Of a stretch of 64,000 bases of DNA, positions 52,828 through 62,232 are shown in pieces. The position numbers and the translations under genes were made by a program. The DNA is from Opitutaceae bacterium. GTDB taxonomy: Bacteria > Verrucomicrobiota > Verrucomicrobiia > Opitutales > Opitutaceae. The stretch is from the NCBI GenBank assembly GCA_965227745.1, contig OZ245769.1, forward strand, positions 6,296,974 through 6,360,973, given 5' to 3'. Under the pieces are notes generated by a model. It worked only from the letters and a program-made list of their open reading frames with translations, had not been told where the DNA came from and ran no database searches. The first letter of the stretch is position 1. Every line of letters starts with the position of its first letter.

Positions 52828-52963
52828 AACGGGGAATTTGCGATTTAGAAATTATGGTTTGAGAAAAGCTAGATGCTAGCCGGCAAGATACCACTCGCTC
52901 TTAGCTACTATTTGGGGGAAATATGGAATCGCCTCGATATTCACGGGTGCATGTTCCGCCACC

Positions 52964-53392
52964 ATGCTTACGATTTTTCGCAATATCTTCGCAGTCATTT
53001 TGGGCTTTATTGCCGGAGGGTGCGTCAATACGGGGCTCGTTCGGGCCGGGCTTCATGTGATCGCGGCACCTCCGGGCGTGAACATGGAAGACGCCGAAAG
53101 TCTCGCCGCTTCGATCCACTTGCTAGAACCAAAGCATTTTATTTTTCCCTTGTTCGCTCACGCTATCGGCACGTTCGCCGGAGCGCTCGTTGCGTTTCTT
53201 ATCGCGGGCAGTCGCTGGACGATATTTGCCTATGTGATTGGGATATTTTTCCTAGCGGGTGGGATTGCGGCCTGTTTCATGATTCCGGCGCCAATCTGGC
53301 TCATGGCACTTGACGTCGTTGTTGCATATTTGCCAATGGCGTGGCTTGCCGCCCGCGTTGGCGCCAAGCTTAAAAGAAGGTGGCCCAACTGA
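52964..53392 (+). CDS. small 4-helix membrane protein, hypothetical
   Basis: ORF track; hydrophobic helices; lower local GC. Confidence 0.5.
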   Translation: MLTIFRNIFAVILGFIAGGCVNTGLVRAGLHVIAAPPGVNMEDAESLAASIHLLEPKHFIFPLFAHAIGTFAGALVAFLIAGSRWTIFAYVIGIFFLAGGIAACFMIPAPIWLMALDVVVAYLPMAWLAARVGAKLKRRWPN

Positions 53393-53414
53393 CTGAAATG
53401 TGGGACGAGAGCCG

Positions 53415-53438
53415 GATGACGAAATCGAATTCGTCATT
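53415..53438. terminator. hairpin between convergent genes (ATGACGAA ... TTCGTCAT), possible bidirectional terminator
   Basis: GGATGACGAAATCGAATTCGTCATTC; 8-bp stem; no strong U tract. Confidence 0.4.
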
Positions 53439-53441
53439 CGC

Positions 53442-55346
53442 TCAGCCTGGCGGCAAGTGCCGCTGCAGCACTCCGGCGAGTAACTCGAAGCGCACTGGCT
53501 TGCTGAGGAAATCGTTCATGCCGGCATTCAGGCACGCTTCGCGCACGTGCGTGCTAGCATTGGCGGTGAGCGCGATGATCGTAAGTTTTTTCTCGCCGAG
53601 GCGGGAGCGGATCTGGCGCGTGGCCTCCATGCCGTCGATGCCCGGGAGCTGGCAGTCCATCAACACGAGGTCGAAATCCTGCGTGGTGGCCTCCGCGATG
53701 GCATCCTCGCCATCGGGGGCAAAGACCGCGCTGAGCCCCATTTTCTTGAGGAACAGATCGATGACTTGGCGGTTTACCGAGTCGTCTTCCACGACGAGTA
53801 CGCGACCGGCGAGCACCGGTGTGACGAAGCGCGGACCCTCTTCGTGGCGCGGGGCCGGGGCGACATCCGGGAGCTTGCAGGGCAGGAGGAGGCGGAACGT
53901 GGAGCCCTGGTTGACGGCGCTCTGCACTTGGATCGCGCCGCCCATGGCCTGAGCGAGGCGCATCGAGATCACGAGGCCGAGGCCCGTGCCGCCATAGCGA
54001 CGGCTCATCGAGGTATCGGCCTGCGTGAAGGGCTTGAAGAGCCGCGCCTGCGCCGTGGAGTCGATACCGATGCCGGTGTCGGTCACGGTGAAGTACATGA
54101 CCGCGCGCTGCGCCGTGCGCTCGGAACAGCTCACGGCGAGCTCCACGCGGCCGCGCTCGGTAAACTTGATGGCATTGCCGAGGAGATTGACGAGGATTTG
54201 GCGGAGGCGGGTGGAGTCGCCGATGATCACACCGGGCAGATTTTCGCCGAGCTGGAGATCGAATTGCAGGCCCTTGTCGCGCGCGCGCGCGAGCATGAGA
54301 TCGGCGATGGATTTCGCGATGGTCGTCGGCTGAAACGGCGCGTGCTCCAACTCGAGCCGGCCGGACTCGATTTTGGAAAAGTCGAGCACGTCATTGAGCA
54401 GGAGGAGGAGCGATTCCGCCGAGTCGGAAGCGGTCTTGAGGTAGCTGCGCTGCTCCGCGGAGAGCTGCGTATCGCGCACCACGCGGAGCATGCCGAGCAC
54501 GCCATTCATCGGGGTGCGGATTTCGTGCGAGATGACGGCGAGGAATTCACCCTTGGCCTTGCTCGCGGACTCCGCCTTTTCGCGAGCCTCGTCGAGTTCG
54601 TTCTCGCGAGCCTCGCGGCGATTATTTTCCGCCGTGAGCGCATCGGCGATCGCTTCGCGTTCGAAGCGCATCACGAGCGCATTCGAGAGCACGCGATGCT
54701 GGTGAAGCGTGGCGCTTGCGAGGAACCACACGTAGAGGATCGCGGCCACGCCCAGGCCGAGCCCGAGGAGGTCGCCCTGGATGAAAAACGTAAACGCGAT
54801 GGGCGTCATGATCGCGATGAGGTACGCGACCGCGCCCTTTCGCATCGGCAGGAGCAACCGGGCGGAACCCGTGGTCAGACCGGCCAAGAGCAAAATATGC
54901 GGCACGGTGTAAGCCGAGTCGCGATTGAGGAAGGGAAACAGCAACGCCGTCGCACCCCAGCCGAGGCCTGTTGCGACTGTGGCGTACACGAGGCGCAGAG
55001 CCCACTTCGGCGTCTCGTCAGGCCCGGGATTCGCCGCGAGAAAGGCCTTGGCCAGCCAGATGCGATAGCCCACCGCGCCGAGCATGAGCAGCGACCAAAT
55101 CGCGATGGTCACCGACGGATGGTTTACCACGCAGACCGTGATCGCAAAGGTGATGGCCAGCGCTCCGGAGATGAGCGCGCCCGATTGGAGTTCCGCAAAG
55201 GCCATGCGCACCAGCTCGACGCGCGTCCGCACCTCGACGGGATGCGTGCTCCGCGTCGGCGAAGCCGGCTCAGTCGCTTCCGACTTGGGGGTCGGGGCTG
55301 GGGCGGGCGCGGCGGGTGGTTTTTCGGTCGGGGCGGCGGCTGGCAT
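53442..55346 (-). CDS. hybrid sensor histidine kinase / response regulator with multi-TM sensor
   Basis: About 6 TM helices, coiled coil, HisKA FLAVISHEIRTPMNGVLG, HATPase N/G boxes (NLLGNAIKFT, DTGIGI, GGTGLGL), and a receiver domain VLVVEDDSVNRQV...DLVLMDCQLPGIDG. Confidence 0.85.
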   Translation of the reverse strand: MPAAAPTEKPPAAPAPAPTPKSEATEPASPTRSTHPVEVRTRVELVRMAFAELQSGALISGALAITFAITVCVVNHPSVTIAIWSLLMLGAVGYRIWLAKAFLAANPGPDETPKWALRLVYATVATGLGWGATALLFPFLNRDSAYTVPHILLLAGLTTGSARLLLPMRKGAVAYLIAIMTPIAFTFFIQGDLLGLGLGVAAILYVWFLASATLHQHRVLSNALVMRFEREAIADALTAENNRREARENELDEAREKAESASKAKGEFLAVISHEIRTPMNGVLGMLRVVRDTQLSAEQRSYLKTASDSAESLLLLLNDVLDFSKIESGRLELEHAPFQPTTIAKSIADLMLARARDKGLQFDLQLGENLPGVIIGDSTRLRQILVNLLGNAIKFTERGRVELAVSCSERTAQRAVMYFTVTDTGIGIDSTAQARLFKPFTQADTSMSRRYGGTGLGLVISMRLAQAMGGAIQVQSAVNQGSTFRLLLPCKLPDVAPAPRHEEGPRFVTPVLAGRVLVVEDDSVNRQVIDLFLKKMGLSAVFAPDGEDAIAEATTQDFDLVLMDCQLPGIDGMEATRQIRSRLGEKKLTIIALTANASTHVREACLNAGMNDFLSKPVRFELLAGVLQRHLPPG

Positions 55347-55444
55347 GGAAGGCTGCGGCGAAGACTTCAGAAGGGACTAGCCTGCGCCGCGCGACACGAG
55401 ATGGCGAGCGCAGACACGTGTAATCGGCCCGCCGCGCGCAAAAT

Positions 55445-57097
55445 TCATCTCTCTTGCAACAGATGTTCGGCTGTCCGGAACGCCAGCGCCATGATCGTGA
55501 GCGCGGGATTGAAACCCCCGTTCGTCACATGCAGCGAGCCGTCGCACACGTAGAGGTTGTCGTGACCGTGCACGCGGCCGAAGGCGTCGGTGACGCCCTC
55601 GCGCGGGTCGGCGCTCATGCGACACGAGCCTGCCTGGTGCTGGCCCGCGCTGAACTTTTTCTCCGGCGGCCAACTCCACACCTGCTCGGCCCCGCTCGCG
55701 CGCAGCCACTCTTCGGCGCGCTGTCGGATAAATTCCGCAGTGCGGATTGTCTCCGCGTGCGTCGTCCCGCTGAGGCGCGCCACCGGCAGGCCAAGGCGGT
55801 CGCGCACTTTCTCATCCAGCGTGACGCGCGAATCGGGCGAGGGGATTTCCTGCACGGGCCCGCGCACATCGATGCCACGACGAAACAGCGCCCGCATCGC
55901 GCGCTTCCCCGCGAGGCCCCAGCGCGGCGTACCCGGCGGCAGCGACTGCCGCCAGAAGATGAGCGGGAGCTTCACGAAATCATTCGCGAGCATCGCGCCG
56001 CCGATCACACCGGGATTGCCGTGATTAAAACGCGTGGTGGCCACCGACACTCCCGGCCCTTGCAGCGTCTGCTCCACGCCCGGCGGGAGGAGCCCGTAGG
56101 CAATCGGGTAATAATGCCCCTGCACATGCCGGCCCACGTGCCCGCTGTGATTGCCGAGGCCCTGCGGATGCTGCGGCGACGCCGACAACAAGAGCAACCG
56201 CGCGGACTCGATCGCGCCGCTCGATACGATCACCCGCGGTGCATTCGCCGTATACTTTGCAAACGATGCCGACCCCGGCGAGACCGGCGCGCTGTACTCG
56301 ACGCCCGTTGCGCGACCCGCCGCATCGGTGAGTATTCGCGCCGCCTGTGCGCGCGTGACAAGCGTGCACCGGCCGGTCGCGAGGGCGCGGGGCAAGAGCG
56401 TATTGTGCGAACCATTTTTCGCCTCCGTGGGACATGCGAAGCCGATGCACTGCGCGCACTGGATGCACGCGCCGCGCCCTTGATACGGGCGGGTGTTGAC
56501 GGCGAGCGGAGGAGTAAACGTCGGCCAGCCTAGCTTACTCGCGCCGCCCGCGAGCCACTCCGCCGCCGGCGTGCGGGGCACCGGCGGTAGTGGAAAATCT
56601 CGCGCGCGGGGCGCGTGTGTCGTCCCGGCGTGATCGCCCGCGACACCAATCTCGTGCTCTGCGCGCTCGTAGTAAGGCGCCAGCTCATCGTAACTGATCG
56701 GCCAGTCCGCCAGCGAGCTGCCCGCGGGCACGCCGTAGCGCGACGCCATGTGAAAATCATCCGGGTGAAACCGCCACGCCTGCATGCCCCACACGCGCGT
56801 TCCGCCGCCCACGGTCCACGCATTGAGATTGTAGCGCGCATCATGCGGCAGCACCTGCGTCTCACGCCCGGCGGCATCGACGTACACGCGCGGGTGGCCC
56901 GCCGGGTCGGGCGTGGTATTGTCGCCGTACAGCGAGAGCCGATGATTGCGCAGGTGATCGCCCGGGACGTCGTCGTAGGCGAGCGCGAGCCCGCGCTCCA
57001 GCAACAGCACGCGCCGCCCGCCCTCGGCGAGGACGCCGGCCAAAATACCGCCGGCGAGCCCCGCGCCGACGATGATCACATCATACTGCGTGTTCAT
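55445..57097 (-). CDS. GMC-family FAD-dependent oxidoreductase
   Basis: Start MNTQYDVIIVGAGLAGGILAGVLAEGGRRVLLLERG (FAD fold); C-terminal ...HQAGSCRM...GHDNLYVCDGSL. Confidence 0.85.
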   Translation of the reverse strand: MNTQYDVIIVGAGLAGGILAGVLAEGGRRVLLLERGLALAYDDVPGDHLRNHRLSLYGDNTTPDPAGHPRVYVDAAGRETQVLPHDARYNLNAWTVGGGTRVWGMQAWRFHPDDFHMASRYGVPAGSSLADWPISYDELAPYYERAEHEIGVAGDHAGTTHAPRARDFPLPPVPRTPAAEWLAGGASKLGWPTFTPPLAVNTRPYQGRGACIQCAQCIGFACPTEAKNGSHNTLLPRALATGRCTLVTRAQAARILTDAAGRATGVEYSAPVSPGSASFAKYTANAPRVIVSSGAIESARLLLLSASPQHPQGLGNHSGHVGRHVQGHYYPIAYGLLPPGVEQTLQGPGVSVATTRFNHGNPGVIGGAMLANDFVKLPLIFWRQSLPPGTPRWGLAGKRAMRALFRRGIDVRGPVQEIPSPDSRVTLDEKVRDRLGLPVARLSGTTHAETIRTAEFIRQRAEEWLRASGAEQVWSWPPEKKFSAGQHQAGSCRMSADPREGVTDAFGRVHGHDNLYVCDGSLHVTNGGFNPALTIMALAFRTAEHLLQER

Positions 57098-57666
57098 CGT
57101 TCCGTGCGCGGCGCGTAGCCCAGCATCGCCCACGATGCGCCATCGCGATTACCGCCATTGGCCGGGTCGGCGTAGAAGCCCTCGTGCGCAAGCTCGACGA
57201 AGCGACTGAAAAACGCCGTCCCCGATAGATCCTCCGGCCACGCCGCCACGGTGCGCCCGGCCTCGAGTTCGACGAGCAGCGCATCTTGCTGCGCCGTGGA
57301 GAGCGCGTGGTAGGCCTTCACCTCCGGGTGCCTTAAGGAAGTTTCCGTATCCAATAATTCAAGACCGCGCAGGAGTCGCGGCACCTCCGCGGCGCAATCG
57401 CCCGCGAGCTGCTTCAAGATATAGTGCTCGGTGCCCGCCGCGAGCGCCCCAGGAAACTCATCGGCCGGGATCAGCCGATCGAGCAGCGCGCGCAGGGCGA
57501 CGAGGTGGGGAGGGGAGAGCGTCACACCAGCAGTGTGAACCGAAAGACACTCTCGCCGCCAAGCGCGTAATCTCACACGCCCGGCGCATTTTACTGCGGC
57601 CCCTTCCGCGAAACGGGCCGCGCTCGCCGCCCAGGCAAAAAAAGGGCCGGTCTTTCGACCGGCCAC
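57094..57666 (-). CDS. gluconate 2-dehydrogenase subunit-3-family small subunit
   Basis: LRALLDRLIPADEFPGALAAGTEHYI... is typical of this family. The stop overlaps the GMC start. The true start may be GTG at 57525 because the upstream part looks non-genic. Confidence 0.65.
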   Translation of the reverse strand: MAGRKTGPFFAWAASAARFAEGAAVKCAGRVRLRAWRRECLSVHTAGVTLSPPHLVALRALLDRLIPADEFPGALAAGTEHYILKQLAGDCAAEVPRLLRGLELLDTETSLRHPEVKAYHALSTAQQDALLVELEAGRTVAAWPEDLSGTAFFSRFVELAHEGFYADPANGGNRDGASWAMLGYAPRTER

Positions 57667-57684
57667 TTTTGAGGGTTCAGGCTT

Positions 57685-57879
57685 TTATGAGACGAAGCTC
57701 AACTCGCGACGACGTTCAGCGGCGAGGGCGGCCACATCGGCCAAGGGCGGCCGCACGTCGAGCGGGGGCGCCTTGAATTGTGGCCGGTTCCAAGTCACAT
57801 CCGCGTGCGAGACGACACGCATCAAGGCCGAAGGCTGGTTGATGAATGCCGGAGGAGTGATGGGAATCGGGAGTTGCAT
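57685..57879 (-). CDS. small ORF 1 (64 aa), paralogue of small ORF 2
   Basis: MQLPIPITPPAFINQPSALMRVVSHADVTWNRPQFKAPPLDV.... It shares M-x-LP and D-x-x-WNRP-x-F-(K/R)-AP with 57946..58155, and the conserved codons differ at synonymous third positions. Confidence 0.45.
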   Translation of the reverse strand: MQLPIPITPPAFINQPSALMRVVSHADVTWNRPQFKAPPLDVRPPLADVAALAAERRRELSFVS

Positions 57880-57945
57880 GACAGAAATCAGTGACCACGA
57901 AGACGGGGAGAGGTGCCGCGGGTTTCGGAGAAAGTTGAAACTTTC

Positions 57946-58155
57946 TCACGCGCAATCGCGCGAGGCGTGGTGCGTTGCCCGGAAATTTACCGAGAAGGGT
58001 AATTCGCTGCTGATTTGGCGGGGCGTGGGGAAGGACGGGGCGCGAAATACCGGACGATTCCAGATGATATCCGTCTCGGTCGCGAGGTGCACCGTCTCGC
58101 TGTCGCGCTCGGTGGGGGCGGGCTCAAGACGGAAGAGATGCAGCGGGAGATTCAT
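57946..58155 (-). CDS. small ORF 2 (69 aa), paralogue of small ORF 1
   Basis: MNLPLHLFRLEPAPTERDSETVHLATETDIIWNRPVFRAPSFPTP... (start at M39 of ORF 57946..58269). The hairpin GAGAAAGTTGAAACTTTCTC (57928-57947) overlaps its stop. Confidence 0.45.
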   Translation of the reverse strand: MNLPLHLFRLEPAPTERDSETVHLATETDIIWNRPVFRAPSFPTPRQISSELPFSVNFRATHHASRDCA

Positions 58156-58459
58156 CGCGGATAAAAAAGGCGTGGTCGGGAAAATTTTGAGAGTAACTAC
58201 GGGAGGCATCGTCACGTCTCGCGGGGCAGTTGAGCGCAAAGTAAGACACGGGATGCAAATCCCTGCCAAACTGCGCCCTTGCCGAACGCGGGCGCGCCGC
58301 TCAACTTCGCCACCGCTTGCTTTCCACCCCCATCCCAGCTTCCCCGCCGCCCCGCGTGGACCGGGCGCTTTGAGCGCTTGGTCACGATTGTGTCACGGCT
58401 ACCCCGCCTCCGCCCCTTTTGCTTATCCCCATCCATAAAACCCACGCTTAACGACCTCT

Positions 58460-60058
58460 ATGAGTAACGACCTAGCAAGTAACGAGGGCATCGTGCCCAA
58501 CGCGAAACGCCTCCTCTGGGCAGGCTTCGCCGCCATCTTCGCCGCCGGCGTTGGCTTTGCCATCCGCGGTGGCATCTTCGACAACTGGGGCGCGGAATTC
58601 GGCTTCACCGCCACCCAACTCGGCGCCATCGGCGGTGCCGGCTTCACCGGCTTCTGCTTCGGCATCATCATCGGCGGCGTGCTCGCCGACAAGATCGGCT
58701 ACGGCAAGCTGGTGATCGCCGCCTTTGCGTTTCACGTGATCTCGGCCTTCGTGACGTTCGGCGCGACGACGCCGCAGAACGCTGAGCGCATGCTGACGAT
58801 CGGCATGTTTATCTTCGCCCTGGCGAACGGCACGCTCGAAGCCGTGGCCAATCCGCTGGTCGCGACGCTGTTCCCCAAGAACCGCACGCACTATCTCAAC
58901 ATCCTCCACGCCTCCTGGCCCGCGGGCCTTGTGGCCGGCTCCATCCTCGGCTGGATCCTCGACGACAAGATGCATGTGAGCTGGAAAATCCAACTCGCCC
59001 TCTACCTCATCCCGACGGTCGCCTACGGCTTGATGTTCATCGGCCAGAAGATGCCCAAGTCCGAAGCCTCGGAAAAGGGCGCCAAGCTTGGCGAAATGTT
59101 AAAGGATGTCGGCATCCTCGGTGCCCTCGTGATCGCTTACTTGATCGCGCTCTTCGTCTCCGGGCCCCTCGGCCTACCGGCCGCAGTCGGCTACGGGATC
59201 GCGGGCGTGCTGGTGATCACGGTCGGCGTGCTGACCAAGTTCTCCATCGGCTCCGTCCTGCTCTTCGTCCTCTTCATCACGCACGCCCTCCTCGGCGCGG
59301 TCGAGCTCGGGACGGACGGCTGGATTCAGAATATCACGGGCAATCTCTTCACGTCGGAAGACGGCAAGTTCCTCTTCATCTGGACCTCGGTCATCATGTT
59401 CAGCCTGCGCTTCTGCGCTCACTGGATTGAGAAGAATCTGAAGCTTTCGCCGGTCGGCCTCCTCGTCATCTGCGCGATCCTCGCCGTCATCGGCCTCCGC
59501 CTCGCGAGCACGATGCAGACCTTTACCATGGCACTCATCGCCCTCGGCATCTACGCCACTGGCAAGACCTTCTTCTGGCCGACGATGCTTGCCGTCGCCT
59601 CCGACCGCTACCCCCGCACGGGCGCGATCGCGATCTCCATCATGGGTGGCATCGGCATGCTCTCGGCCGGTCTCCTCGGCGGTCCCGGCCTCGGCTACTC
59701 CAAGGATCGTTTCGCCGCCGATGCCCTGCAGGCTTCCAACCCCGCCGTCTACCAGACGGTGAAGGTCGCGGCGCCCTCCGAATTCCCCATCCCGGGTGTC
59801 TTCTCGCCGGTGTACGCCATCGACGGCAAGAAGCTCGCCGAGGCCAAGGAAGCCAAGACCCCGAGCAAGGACCAAAAGGACATCGTCGCGGCCGACCAAG
59901 TCGGCGACCGCCACACCCTCGCGGCGGATTCCTACATCCCGCTGACGATGGGCGTCATCTACATCTGCATCCTCCTCTACTTTAAGACGATCGGTGGCTA
60001 CAAAGTCATCACGATCGCCGAAGCCGAGGCGAAGGAGAAGGCCGGCAGCGCGGCGTAA
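58460..60058 (+). CDS. MFS-type transporter (532 aa)
   Basis: 12-14 TM helices; G-rich TM1-2 region ([26 protein letters not shown]). Confidence 0.75.
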   Translation: MSNDLASNEGIVPNAKRLLWAGFAAIFAAGVGFAIRGGIFDNWGAEFGFTATQLGAIGGAGFTGFCFGIIIGGVLADKIGYGKLVIAAFAFHVISAFVTFGATTPQNAERMLTIGMFIFALANGTLEAVANPLVATLFPKNRTHYLNILHASWPAGLVAGSILGWILDDKMHVSWKIQLALYLIPTVAYGLMFIGQKMPKSEASEKGAKLGEMLKDVGILGALVIAYLIALFVSGPLGLPAAVGYGIAGVLVITVGVLTKFSIGSVLLFVLFITHALLGAVELGTDGWIQNITGNLFTSEDGKFLFIWTSVIMFSLRFCAHWIEKNLKLSPVGLLVICAILAVIGLRLASTMQTFTMALIALGIYATGKTFFWPTMLAVASDRYPRTGAIAISIMGGIGMLSAGLLGGPGLGYSKDRFAADALQASNPAVYQTVKVAAPSEFPIPGVFSPVYAIDGKKLAEAKEAKTPSKDQKDIVAADQVGDRHTLAADSYIPLTMGVIYICILLYFKTIGGYKVITIAEAEAKEKAGSAA

Positions 60059-60114
60059 GCGCCGGGTGGTGCCGTCGCCCGCTGGCGACCAGATCGTTTA
60101 AGTTTAGGCAATAA

Positions 60115-60146
60115 GGCCGCACCTTTCGGGGTGCGGCCTTTTTCTT
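60115..60146 (+). terminator. intrinsic terminator of the MFS gene
   Basis: GGCCGCACC-TTTCGG-GGTGCGGCC followed by TTTTTCTT. Confidence 0.8.
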
Positions 60147-60215
60147 GGTCTGTTGGCGAGGTAGCGGGTGACCGAGAAAGTGGTGGAAGGAGTGGTGGCT
60201 CGATTCCGAACGTGG

Positions 60216-60290
60216 GTTGCGAGCTGGCTCGCAACGACGCACAGGTCATTTCGCGGCGGCGGTTGAAATTGTTGCGACGGAGGTCGCAAC
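60216..60290. promoter_or_regulatory. two GTTGCGA-N6-TCGCAAC palindromes 55 bp apart (operator pair or two RNA hairpins)
   Basis: GTTGCGAGCTGGCTCGCAAC (60216-60235) and GTTGCGACGGAGGTCGCAAC (60271-60290). Confidence 0.35.
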
Positions 60291-60362
60291 CCACAAGCAG
60301 CTCCGGATGTGGGTCCTGAAGCCGGCGCATATGGGATGATCGGCCTCGGGCCGCGGGAGGCT

Positions 60363-60395
60363 CCGAAGACTCTGCGGCAGGATGCCGCAGCCACT
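60363..60395. repeat. hairpin repeat CCGAAGACTCTGCGGCAGGATGCCGCAGCCACTT, copy 2
   Basis: Matches 43449..43481. Confidence 0.8.
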
Positions 60396-60405
60396 TCAAA
60401 CAGAA

Positions 60406-60440
60406 GGGCCGCACCCTGGTGAGGTGCGGCCCTTTGTTTC
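60406..60440. terminator. bidirectional terminator-like hairpin
   Basis: GGGCCGCACC-CTGGTGA-GGTGCGGCCC with TTTGTTT on the plus strand and TTCTGTTT on the minus strand. It lies about 130 nt downstream of the hsp20 stop. Confidence 0.6.
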
Positions 60441-60566
60441 CACCTGACGGTGGGATGGTTTGAAGAGATTTGCCCGGCTGGGGCGGTGGCCTTGAGGCTC
60501 GGAAGAGGTTGCCGCCTCCTCCGCCACTCACGCGATCCGCCGCAGCCGAAGCGAAAGTTATTATGG

Positions 60567-60974
60567 TTAGGCCGCAGCGCGCCGCAGCCGGGAGCTGACG
60601 CGCGGGACGACCGCGGCGACACGCTTGGGCAGGGTCACACTGAGGACGCCATGCTGGATCTCAGCCTGCATGGACGAGTAGTCGAAGCCGGCGCCGAGGC
60701 GCAGGCGAAGTTGGTAATCGCGCTGGGCGGACTCGAGATGGAGGGCTTGCCAATTGACGCGGACGACATGCGATTTCTTCGCAGTCACGGTCAGGTCGGA
60801 GCCCCGGGCCTCGATTTCAACACCGGCGGCGTCCACACCTGGCACATAGACGACGAGTTTCATCGCGTCGGGGTGCTCCTGGCAGTCGTAGTTCGGCTGA
60901 CGGAACGCGACGTGAGCCGCGGCCTTGGCCTTACTGCGAGTGCTGGGAATCAGGGGGTGGATGGTTGTATGCAT
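60567..60974 (-). CDS. Hsp20/alpha-crystallin family small heat-shock protein
   Basis: ...MKLVVYVPGVDAAGVEIEARGSDLTVTA...AEIQHGVLSVTLPK alpha-crystallin core. Confidence 0.85.
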   Translation of the reverse strand: MHTTIHPLIPSTRSKAKAAAHVAFRQPNYDCQEHPDAMKLVVYVPGVDAAGVEIEARGSDLTVTAKKSHVVRVNWQALHLESAQRDYQLRLRLGAGFDYSSMQAEIQHGVLSVTLPKRVAAVVPRVSSRLRRAAA

Positions 60975-61301
60975 GGGAGGAAAAAACGAACGCGTTTCCT
61001 CGGGGACCTTGGAAGGGCCTCCGGGCTTGAGGACTAAACGCGTTCCGTAGGGACGGAAGGTTTAGAACTGGAAGCCCGAGCCGGTCTGTTTATTCCAAAT
61101 GGAAGCGACGACCAGTCGGACAACGTGACAACGCTGCTGCATGGCCTTCGTGGACGAAGTGCCTGCATGGCAGAGTTGATGTTGAGACTGATTCATTTGG
61201 AACGCTGGTCACTCTACATATTGCAACTGGCGTGCCAAGCAGTTTATTTTTTGTATCGGTGAAGATTGCGTGACGCTGCCTGCACTGCATAGGGTCGCCG
61301 C

Positions 61302-61676
61302 ATGGCCGCTCTCACCGATTCCACCACTACTGTCGCGGAGCTAAAGACCAAGGTCTTAGCCTTTGTCCAAGAACGAGATTGGGAACAATTTCACTCCCCG
61401 AAAAACTTGTCCATGGCCCTCGCCACCGAGGCCGGCGAGCTGATGGAGCACTTCCTGTGGGCCACTCCCGAAAAATCCAAAGAAATCGCCGCCGATCCTA
61501 TAAAGCGCGGAAAAATCGCCGACGAACTCGCCGATGTGGTCGTATATGCCCTGGAATTCGCCAATGCCACGGGGCTTGATGTGGCCGCTGCCATCGAGGC
61601 CAAGATGGCCGCGAATGCGAAAAAGTATCCGGTGGAAAAAGCGAAGGGGCGGTCGGAGAAGTATAATGAGCTCTGA
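61302..61676 (+). CDS. MazG-like nucleotide pyrophosphohydrolase
   Basis: FVQERDWEQFHSPKNLSMALATEAGELMEHFLW...ELADVVVYALEFANATGLD...KYP (EExxE/D motifs). Confidence 0.85.
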   Translation: MAALTDSTTTVAELKTKVLAFVQERDWEQFHSPKNLSMALATEAGELMEHFLWATPEKSKEIAADPIKRGKIADELADVVVYALEFANATGLDVAAAIEAKMAANAKKYPVEKAKGRSEKYNEL

Positions 61677-62027
61677 GCGCGCAGGTGCTGGTGAGGGATT
61701 TAAGATTTGGGATTTACGAATTACGAATGACGAAACCCGAATGACGAACTCCTAAATGATTCTGCGGGCCCACACGGACTCGACGGAAAATTAAAAGGTG
61801 ACGGAATTAAGCGCGAAGACGCGAAGACGCTAAGGCCGGGGCGAAGAAGCTGAGGAGCGGGGGATGGGAGCGCGTGAAGATTACGATTTCGGAATGACGA
61901 ATTCGGAAAAGACTCGGATTGAGGATCCACGAAACCACGCGTAAGTCGGAGGAGTTGAGAGCAGGGCGGACTAGCCCGCGGGTTTATCGTTGAAGGGCGA
62001 TCCCCGAGTAACGTTTTCAAGAGGTCG

Positions 62028-62088
62028 GACTGCCGGTGAGATTTTAGTATGCGCCCTCCCGACGCCGCCCGGAGGTCGCCGTCCACCT
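62028..62088. repeat. about 60-nt dispersed repeat, copy 2
   Basis: GACTGCCGGTGAGATTTTAGTATGCGCCCTCCCGACGCCGCCCGGAGGTCGCCGTCCACCT; compare 27672..27733. Confidence 0.8.
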
Positions 62089-62204
62089 CAAACCTCGCGA
62101 TGGGATGACGGAGACGGAGGACCGCCGCCCGGGCGCGGAGGGTTGATTTCTTCTTTCGCGTATTTCGAGGTGAATAATCCCGGCGGTGCTTCTCTTGAGC
62201 GCAC

Positions 62205-62232
62205 AAAAAAGCGGGTAGCTCGCGCCACCCGC
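62205..62232 (-). terminator. intrinsic terminator downstream of the DUF5069-like gene
   Basis: Minus strand: GCGGGT-GGCGCGAGCT-ACCCGC followed by TTTTTTG. Confidence 0.65.

Noticed and set aside
53547-55553. 668-aa plus-strand ORF opposite the hybrid histidine kinase
   Set aside because: It is an antisense shadow. The HisKA, HATPase and REC motifs are all on the minus strand.
57773-58438. 221-aa plus-strand ORF spanning the small-ORF region
   Set aside because: Its composition is R/G/S-rich, and it crosses the divergent promoter region. The minus-strand sORFs show codon-level conservation, while this frame shows none.
60104-60622. 172-aa and 177-aa minus-strand ORFs in the MFS/hsp20 spacer
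   Set aside because: They run through two terminators and dispersed repeats. They are P/R/S-rich and have no start context.
61090-61290. 66-aa minus-strand ORF in the lower-GC stretch upstream of the MazG-like gene
   Set aside because: It is short and Cys/His/Arg-rich, with no motif or start context. The region is more likely the promoter of the MazG-like gene. The flanking TTCCAAATGGAA / TTCATTTGGAA half-sites were noted but are too weak to call.
61721-62206. 161-aa minus-strand ORF in the 613-nt spacer
   Set aside because: It is made of repeat-derived sequence, and the same VDGDLR peptide arises from the unrelated copy at 27.7 kb. The composition is R/S/P-rich.
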